A DNA stretch of 64,000 nt, from positions 1,701 through 65,700 of the forward strand of contig CALWIO010000003.1 in assembly GCA_944380765.1 (NCBI GenBank), given 5' to 3'. The notes under the pieces were generated by a model, which was given only the letters and a program-made list of their open reading frames with translations, was not told where the DNA came from and ran no database searches. How positions within the stretch are numbered: the first letter of the stretch is position 1; every line of letters starts with the position of its first letter. This document shows positions 28,827 to 35,800 of the stretch, piece by piece. The translations under genes were made by a program, and so were the position numbers. Source of the stretch: an uncultured Clostridia bacterium (GTDB taxonomy: Bacteria; Bacillota; Clostridia; Oscillospirales; Acutalibacteraceae).

Positions 28827-28927
28827 TATAATTTCTGTGTGGTGGTTTTTCCAATCCCCAACAAATTTTCCCTTTCCTTTTTCATAAAGTATAACACCAA
28901 TCCCTATTTTTCCACCACACAGAAATT
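28827..28927. repeat. Long-range inverted repeat (16 bp perfect, 18/19 extended) with 66-nt spacer
   Basis: AATTTCTGTGTGGTGG (28830-28845) pairs with CCACCACACAGAAATT (28912-28927). The spacer carries two copies of CCAATCCC next to T5 runs. Confidence 0.85.
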
Positions 28928-28992
28928 TTAATATAAAGACTCTCACGAGTCGATACTTGGATATTTTACTATTTCCCCTTTATTATAATATA

Positions 28993-29038
28993 CAGAAACA
29001 CCGCCGGTCTCGAATGCACCCGGCGGTTTCTGTTTTTT
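28993..29038 (+). terminator. Rho-independent terminator of the small-ORF transcript
   Basis: CAGAAAC(A)CCGCCGG-N12-CCGGCGGTTTCTG followed by T6. Confidence 0.85.
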
Positions 29039-29351
29039 CTGCGACTTTCAAGCGGTGTAAGGCGGTAAAAGCGGGCAAAAGCCGCGCTTTATCCCGATAC
29101 CGTTTTTAACAATATTGTAATCGTCTTTCGTCCGCTTCTGCCCCCTGCGGCTGTTTGCCGCCCGGTTGTTGCAGGCGGATTTTTTGTTATCTGCAAACGC
29201 TTTTTCTGTTATGACGAGCTTATCTTGATATTCACAATACAAGCCTTTGGCCGATACAAACGCAGGCTGTAAACAAAACCGCGCGCCTGTAAATCCTGTA
29301 AATACTGCCCTATTGAGCGCCTGTAAATGCCGCAGCAAGCTTTTGGTTTCG

Positions 29352-29387
29352 GAAAAGCAAAAACCGCCGGACAAAAACCGGCGGTTT
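29352..29387 (-). terminator. Rho-independent terminator ending the eight-gene surface operon
   Basis: Minus strand ACCGCCGG-N7-CCGGCGGT followed by TTTTTGCTTTTCC, about 40 nt after the last stop codon. Confidence 0.85.
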
Positions 29388-29427
29388 AATCTTTTATTAT
29401 CGGTTGTTTTAACGCCTTTCGGCAGCT

Positions 29428-30333
29428 TTACGCCTCTTCTTCCTCATCCTTACGCTTTCTGCGGAAAAGAGGAATAAGGATAAACATAAACACGGTCACA
29501 ACCGCTATTCCGGTGGGAATCATTGGATTCTCACGCAGGAAGGCGCTGGTGTTGGGAATAATAGTATCAATGATACTTTCTTCCTCTTCCTGAGTTTCTT
29601 TTATTGTAACGCTCATATCGTCGTTAACAATAAAATCGACATTGATTTCCTTTGTGCCAACAGGAACGGTTATAAGCTGAGTTCCGTTCGGAAGCCGCTC
29701 AATTTTCATTTTTGAAACAGAGTTGCTTACAGCTATTGAAAAGCCGTCTCCGCCGATTACGGCGCCGTTATCATCGTATATAGTTACCTGATGATACCCG
29801 TCTTTAATTTCGCTTAAAGAATATTTACCGTTTTTAATCTCGGCGCTGTTGGAACCCAAGTCAAATTCCAGCCTGCCGCCGGGGAGCAGCTTATCGCCGC
29901 GGAAAACATTACCGCTCATTGCCATTCTCACGCATGGATCCTCGTGCGTAGGTTCTCCCTCGGGAGTGTCAGAGCCGTCGCAGCTTTCAAAATCGAAGAT
30001 AACCTCAATATCGGTATTGACATTTTCAAGAGTCAGCTGACCGTATAGCATATCATCGGTTTTATCCTCGCCGTTTACATAGACCTTTTTAAGGTGTGCA
30101 TCGCTGTCGGCTATAATATCAAGCCTGATATCCCCGAAACGGCCGATTTCAATTACCGAACCGCTGGGAACAAGCTCGCCGTCCATCAAAACGATACCGC
30201 CTTCGTTATAGACAACCGTGATTTCGTGTTCGCCGGGCACAACCGTTGAAAGCTGCGCTTCCTGAGCGAAAACGGAAAAAGATAGTAACATAACAAGCAG
30301 TAAGCTCATTACAATGCCGCTTGCCTTCTTCAC
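29428..30333 (-). CDS. Secreted beta-rich protein with C-terminal transmembrane anchor (operon gene 8)
   Basis: 301 aa with a GTG start after AGAAAGGGA. Signal peptide (..SFSVFAQE). C-terminus is IPTGIAVVTVFMFILIPLF-RRKRKDEEEEA, i.e. a hydrophobic helix plus basic tail with no LPXTG. Confidence 0.8.
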   Translation of the reverse strand: MKKASGIVMSLLLVMLLSFSVFAQEAQLSTVVPGEHEITVVYNEGGIVLMDGELVPSGSVIEIGRFGDIRLDIIADSDAHLKKVYVNGEDKTDDMLYGQLTLENVNTDIEVIFDFESCDGSDTPEGEPTHEDPCVRMAMSGNVFRGDKLLPGGRLEFDLGSNSAEIKNGKYSLSEIKDGYHQVTIYDDNGAVIGGDGFSIAVSNSVSKMKIERLPNGTQLITVPVGTKEINVDFIVNDDMSVTIKETQEEEESIIDTIIPNTSAFLRENPMIPTGIAVVTVFMFILIPLFRRKRKDEEEEA

Positions 30334-30365
30334 GAAATCATCCCTTTCTAAATAGCTGCCTGTAA

Positions 30366-30860
30366 TTACGGAGTGGGTGCGTTATAAGTAACCGTATAGG
30401 TAAGAGTTCCTGTGTACTCAGCAATCGGAACGCCCGAGAAATCCGCTACCGTAACGGTAGTGTCAGATGTTACATTGTCTGTAACGGCAGGATAGGTCTG
30501 GCTGGTTGTTCCGCCGAGAGCAAAAGTAAGGAAATACTGGGGGTCAGCCTGAGCGTTTGTCATTTTGTTTTCATTGTTGCCGGTGACCTCTACTTTAAGA
30601 GTCGCGCCGAGCAGAAGCTGCGCGTCAACGGTGTAAGCCGCGTTCTGAGCCGAGGTGTCCTCCCAGTCAATAGCGATTTCGGCGGGAATTGTTACGCTGT
30701 ATTTATAAGCATCTTCACCACCGGTATTTGTCGTTTTGGTATAGACATTTACATCGGAATACTGGTTGATAGAATCCTTATCGATTGTCGCCGCGAAAGA
30801 TGTAACGCAGAGCGTAGCCATCATAGCGAGCGCCAAAACAACTGCAAGTATTTTTTTCAT
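30366..30860 (-). CDS. Secreted paralogue P1 of novel ~150-aa family
   Basis: 164 aa with signal peptide MKKILAVVLALAMMATLCVTSFA. Motifs YSVTIPAEIAIDW, LLLGATLKVEV and EYTGTLTYTV. Confidence 0.85.
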   Translation of the reverse strand: MKKILAVVLALAMMATLCVTSFAATIDKDSINQYSDVNVYTKTTNTGGEDAYKYSVTIPAEIAIDWEDTSAQNAAYTVDAQLLLGATLKVEVTGNNENKMTNAQADPQYFLTFALGGTTSQTYPAVTDNVTSDTTVTVADFSGVPIAEYTGTLTYTVTYNAPTP

Positions 30861-30887
30861 TGTAATTACTCCTTATATTTCCGCCCG

Positions 30888-31343
30888 TCAGACGATTTGA
30901 GCGGTGTAAGTGATTGTGTCGGTATATTCCGCAACGGGAGCCAGATCCCACGCTTCCTGCGCAACGGTTACCGTGATTGTGTTTGTTGTGCTTTCAGCCG
31001 CAGTAGCGGTATAGTCGGTAGTGCCACCGAGCATATAAGCAAGTGTAAGGGTGTCGTATGTCATCTCTTCGTCAGAAGCCGCGGTGATATTAAGGCTCTT
31101 GCCGGCTTCAAGGTGAGTTTCAACGGTATAAGAACTTTCAACCGCTGTGGTCTGATTCCACGGAACGGAAATTTCCGCGTCATAAATTACACTGTATGTT
31201 CCGCCTGCGGGAACTGTCGATGTATCTGTTTTAACAAGGCTGGAGCCGGTGTTCGCGGTTTCTGTAAGCTCATTGGCAAAAGCCGGAACGCACAGCGCAC
31301 AGAGCATTATGAGAGCCGTTAAAAGCGCAATAATTTTTTTCAT
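30888..31343 (-). CDS. Secreted paralogue P2
   Basis: 151 aa with signal peptide ..CVPAFA. Motifs YSVIYDAEISVPW, LEAGKSLNIT and WDLAPVAEYTDTITYTA. Confidence 0.85.
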   Translation of the reverse strand: MKKIIALLTALIMLCALCVPAFANELTETANTGSSLVKTDTSTVPAGGTYSVIYDAEISVPWNQTTAVESSYTVETHLEAGKSLNITAASDEEMTYDTLTLAYMLGGTTDYTATAAESTTNTITVTVAQEAWDLAPVAEYTDTITYTAQIV

Positions 31344-31360
31344 TTTTACTCCTCCTAAGT

Positions 31361-31846
31361 TTACGGTGTGGGCATTACTACTTCGGCTTCGAAGGTAAGA
31401 TTGTCGGTGTATTCCTCGATGGGAACATTTTCCCAGTCCGCCGCAGTTACATTGATCTGAATGGTTTTTGTCTCGTTTGCGAAAGCGGCAATCCCCACTA
31501 CATTTGTATCACCGGTTACGGTGTAGGGAAGCTGCTGAGTGCCGCCGGCGTTTTTCATTGCCGAGTTTACAGAAGCAACCGTTACGTTCAGCGTTGCACC
31601 GGGAATCAGCTGCGTTTCAACATCATAGGTCTCGGCTGTTTGTTCTTCGCCCCATTTTACATCAATTACGGCGGGATAGGTTACGGTGTAATAGCCGCCG
31701 CTTGCTTCAAGGTCGCTGTAATCGGTTATAACCGGCGTACTGCCGCTTGACGGAATACTTCCTTCGGTGATCTCGCCTGCGAATGCGGGAACGGTTACGG
31801 CAAAGAGCATCATAACCGCCAATAATACGGAAACTATTTTTTTCAT
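31361..31846 (-). CDS. Secreted paralogue P3
   Basis: ATG 31846 is 5 nt after AAGGAGTG. Signal peptide ..TVPAFA. Motifs YTVTYPAVIDVKW, LIPGATLNVTV and WENVPIEEYTDNLTFEA. Confidence 0.85.
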   Translation of the reverse strand: MKKIVSVLLAVMMLFAVTVPAFAGEITEGSIPSSGSTPVITDYSDLEASGGYYTVTYPAVIDVKWGEEQTAETYDVETQLIPGATLNVTVASVNSAMKNAGGTQQLPYTVTGDTNVVGIAAFANETKTIQINVTAADWENVPIEEYTDNLTFEAEVVMPTP

Positions 31847-31867
31847 GGTTTTCACTCCTTAGTAAAA

Positions 31868-32365
31868 TCAAACGATTTCAGCGGTGAAGGTAAGAGTGTC
31901 GGAATAAGTGCCGACAACCGCGGCGCCCCAATCCGCCTCTGCGATTGTTACGGTAAGATCCTGCTCTACCGCGGGAGTGTCAACTCCGCCGTAAACTACC
32001 GGTCCGCCGAGATATTCTGTTACACCGTCAAGGTTGTAAGCAAGCGTGTAAGTATCCTCAGCGCTGGCAACATAAGTCATAGCGCCGCTGCCCGCAACCG
32101 TAACTTTAAGCTGTTCGCCGTAACGCAGGTGAGCTTCTACCGCATAGCTAAGGTCAACCGGATCGGTTTCTCCCCACGGAATCTGTGTGTCGGCAGGGAT
32201 TGTTACATAGTAACTCGCGCCGTCATTTCCCGAAGCGTCCTGCTCCAGCGTCTGCACCAAAACCGTACCTGTGGCATTGTCCTTGTCAAGCTGCGCCGCA
32301 AATGCGGGAACGCAGAGAGTTAAGAGCATTGCCATAAACAAAACAACAGAAATAGTTTTTTTCAT
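31868..32365 (-). CDS. Secreted paralogue P4
   Basis: ATG 32365 is 6 nt after AAAGGAGTG. Signal peptide ..CVPAFA. Motifs YYVTIPADTQIPW, LRYGEQLKVTV and WGAAVVGTYSDTLTFTA. Confidence 0.85.
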   Translation of the reverse strand: MKKTISVVLFMAMLLTLCVPAFAAQLDKDNATGTVLVQTLEQDASGNDGASYYVTIPADTQIPWGETDPVDLSYAVEAHLRYGEQLKVTVAGSGAMTYVASAEDTYTLAYNLDGVTEYLGGPVVYGGVDTPAVEQDLTVTIAEADWGAAVVGTYSDTLTFTAEIV

Positions 32366-32386
32366 TTTAAGCACTCCTTTAAAAAA

Positions 32387-32839
32387 TTATATGTTTACGC
32401 ATTCTGCCTGAAATGTAAGCAAGTCCGTGTGCTCGCCAGCCGCGGCTTTTCCCCACTGCTCGTCAGTCACCGACACTGTCAGCTCAAAAGATTTGTTTAC
32501 CTCACCCGGCAGGAAGCTTATATCGTCTGCTCCGGAAAGAGTGTACTCAATTGTTTTCTGAGCGTCCATTGTGTTAACGAGCTTATAGTCGTTTTGCGAT
32601 GTTACGGAAACAGTCAGTACTTTTCCGGGCTCAATTTGCAGCTTTTCCGACTTGACCTCGCCTATGCCATAGGTTTCACTCTCCCATGGAATCTGTGTGT
32701 CAGCGGGAAAATACAGCGTCCAAACTTCATTGGTTGACGAGGTTGAAATAATCATTTGACTCTCGTCCGCCGCAAAAACGGGCAGAACCGTGAGAGTGAC
32801 AAGAACAACCGCCGCCAGAAGCGATAAAACTTTTTTCAT
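32387..32839 (-). CDS. Secreted paralogue P5 (most divergent)
   Basis: ATG 32839 is 7 nt after AGGAGGG. Signal peptide ..VLPVFA. Motifs LYFPADTQIPW, IEPGKVLTVSV and WGKAAAGEHTDLLTFQA. Confidence 0.85.
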   Translation of the reverse strand: MKKVLSLLAAVVLVTLTVLPVFAADESQMIISTSSTNEVWTLYFPADTQIPWESETYGIGEVKSEKLQIEPGKVLTVSVTSQNDYKLVNTMDAQKTIEYTLSGADDISFLPGEVNKSFELTVSVTDEQWGKAAAGEHTDLLTFQAECVNI

Positions 32840-32857
32840 TGACAAACCCTCCTGATA

Positions 32858-35800
32858 TTATCCTTTTGTATAATTAACGGTATATGTAACAGCCGCGTCC
32901 TGCCTGTATTCGGCAACCGGCTTGTTAACCCACTGTGAAGCCTCTACCTGTATCTGCGCCGCGTCTGTACGGTTTACAGTCGCTTTGCCTGTATAAACTC
33001 CGGGAGCGCTTACCGAAGAGGTGCAGGATATTACCTCGCTTGTGCCCGTATTGGTCAGATCAAAGGCGCTTTGCTTGAACGCCACGCTGACCTGTACTTC
33101 GGAGCCTGCGTTAAGATTACAGTTAATCTGATATCCGAGATTTGTTGACTCAGATCCCCACGGTATTCCGATTTCCGCCGGAATTGTCACCACATAGGAA
33201 TCGTCGGAAGCGTAGGTCACGCTGACCGTTTTAAGATCCTCGTATTTACGGTTGATGCCGTTTGAGTCAACATACTCATAAGTAAGTTTTATATATACCT
33301 CATCGCTGAGCGCAGCCGTAACGGAAGCGGGAGAATCAACGCTGAAACGAAGCGTCAGGCTGTATGAGCCTGAATCAGCCGGGCCGACACTGCCGTATGG
33401 CGTTTCGGTACTGTTCAAAACGAACGGTGTGCCGTTCACGGTCATGGTGTAGCTGAGCGGCGACTGCGAACCGTCCGCCGCGACAAGCTGACCGCCGTTC
33501 TTTGACCACACGGAAATCTGTGCCGTACCGCTTAAATCGCTTAAATAGCGCTCAAAATCAACGAGTGTATAAACCATATCGTTTTCGGTCTGCGGATTTT
33601 CGTCTGAAAGAATAACGCTGCTGTTCGGCACCATTCCGCTGTCCGTACTTGTTTCAAGCGTAGTCTTTGCGTACGGGAACAAATCGCGTATCTGCTGAAT
33701 CATATCGTACAGCTCGGCAACATTGTAGAAAGTGGGTATCAAGGCGTCATATTCTTCAATAGTCGCCCTAAGCTCTTCCCTTTCGGCGTCGGTAAGAGGA
33801 GTTCCTGACGCGAGCTTGTTCCTTGTTACGGTCAGCAGGTTGTTGTACTTATCATAAAGCGACAAAAGTCCCGCTCTTGTGGTAGTGCCGTTTATATTGT
33901 ATGTTGTCGAGTTGAGCAGCAGCTTTCTTATAGCTGTCGGTATATTTTTATAGTCGGAGTGAGCCTCACCCGAAGCCATAAGATATTTGGCAAAATAATC
34001 CATGCTGCTGCGATAATTATCATTTAGCTGCGAAAGCGAATCACGGTAACCCGTTCCGAGCGATATAAAGTATCCTTCGCGGCCGTCATAAGGTTTTGTT
34101 TTGTCATAAACCGTTGCCGGCTGTCCGGAAGAACCTAATTCCGTTCCCGCTGTTCCTGCCGCCTTGTCGGGATACCTCAAAGGAAGCTGTCTGTAAATCG
34201 AATCAGCCGAATTAACATCGGTAAGTTCATTTAACATTTCCGTTGTATCCGAAAGAGCTTTTTCAAGCGTTTCGTTACACCTCATCGCCGCGTTATAAGC
34301 ATTGATAAACTGTGTGCACAGCTCGTCGCCTATCAGTTGTTTCTGAGCTGTTGTGTACCTTGAATAGTCAAGATTGTAATACTCTATAATCTGCTCCGCC
34401 TGCTCTTTGGTAATTCCGTAAGCTGCATAGTTTACAGCGTCCGCCATTCCGTCGGAATCGTTATCAACATACCCGGGATAAGGCAAATCCTGCTCGCCGG
34501 ATACCGAAGCGTTCTTAACCGCATTGGGAAGTGAATTCACCCACGCAACGAAAGCCTCCGGCTCATCACGGTACATATACTCGCTTTGCGGAATTTCTCC
34601 TGAAATTACTTTTTCGTAATATATAAGCCTTTCATTGGCATTTATTACCGACTGAACCTGAGTCCTCTGATATTCCGTAAGGGTATTATACTGTACCCTC
34701 GCCGCAAATACATCGTCTGCAAAGAGACCGTCGTTAATCTCAATTGCAGCGACAGCATCCTCAAACTGCTGAGCCGGAAGGCTCTTCGCCTGACAAACCT
34801 CGTCGAAGTCCGTGTCGTTTCTGCCGGTTACTCCGGGATATACATCGGGCTGATAGGCAAAGCCGATGGTGTCAATCATATAAGAAGCGCCTGTCATAGC
34901 GACCGCCGCCGCGTTGGAATTGGGTGCTACACCTATTTGAACCTTACAAATTCCGTTGAGCGCCGTTACGCTTTCGTCCATGCCCACGCCCTCATTTATC
35001 AAGCCGGACCTCTCACCCTTGAAATGATACAGCGGAAGCATAACCCAGCCCTTATAGTGGTCGAGGCTTAATCCCTCGGCGCCGTCTGACGAATTGTAGC
35101 CGTATATACGGTTGCTGTAACAGCAGACCCATTCGCCGGTATCCGGATTCAAAAGCCAGTATTTTCTGTCTCCGGAATCCGTACCCATATCCAGAGTATA
35201 GTCGGTAAGATTTCCGTCAGAGTCTTTCGTTGTAATGGTCGCCGTAAGACGGAAATCGGAGAGCTGGCTGAAGTCTGCATAGAACGCAAGCGCCAGCGGA
35301 AGAATCTTGGTTTCGTCATAGCTTCCGGGATTATACTGGTTCGCAAACTGACCGAGATTGAACTGCCCCATATTGTTATTAAGAAGACTGTCGGTCGTTC
35401 CGTCCTGTCCCTGATAGGTGACGGAAAGAACATTGTAAAAGCCCTCGTTTTCACTGTATCCCTGCCCGTTGAGCTGTATCACGGCAGCGTTTGTGCCGTT
35501 AAATCCGCCGGCTTCTATTGTCGCAAGCATTTGGTTAACATAAAGGGGATCGGTGTCCGCGGTGTGATCGGCTCCGGACGATCTTCGAAAACCGTCCACA
35601 ATCGGATATGACCATGAATATGAGCCTAAGGAACCGGTAGCATCACTGTCAGCACCCGTAAATCCGCGGAAACGCTTTGTAGTATATGTCAGGAAGCCCT
35701 TTGTGTAACGGTAGTCCTGCCCGTAAACGCCTGAGCCTAAGTTCGGATAGTTTTCAAGCTGCCAGGCCATTGAGCCCTGCGTCTGGTTCGCGGCGTCAAA

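Noticed and set aside
28791-28946. Minus-strand reading frame (..FLCGGKIGIGVILYEKGKGKFVGDWKNHHTEIINKLKEDGVVNG) spanning the 16-bp inverted repeat.
   Set aside because: It has no ATG and no RBS; the only candidate start is a GTG. Both repeat arms would have to be coding. It is more likely non-coding, or a fossil of an HTH-containing gene. Kept only as a note.
29048-29374. 108-aa minus-strand ORF between the surface-operon terminator and the small-ORF terminator.
   Set aside because: It begins inside the operon terminator hairpin, has no RBS and has odd composition. The C-terminal KRTKDDYNIVKNG stretch could be a relic of a degraded gene, but I cannot support a call.
29440-29520. Sortase sorting signal in the 301-aa protein.
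   Set aside because: MIPTG and IPNTS do not fit LPXTG, NPQTN or SPXTG consensus positions, and no sortase is nearby. It is treated as a C-terminal TM anchor, with the sortase idea kept as a low-probability alternative.
34430-34470. Dockerin/EF-hand-like DNDSDGMADAVN segment in the giant protein.
   Set aside because: There is only a single copy, with no duplicated 22-residue dockerin repeat. That is insufficient for a dockerin or cellulosome call.
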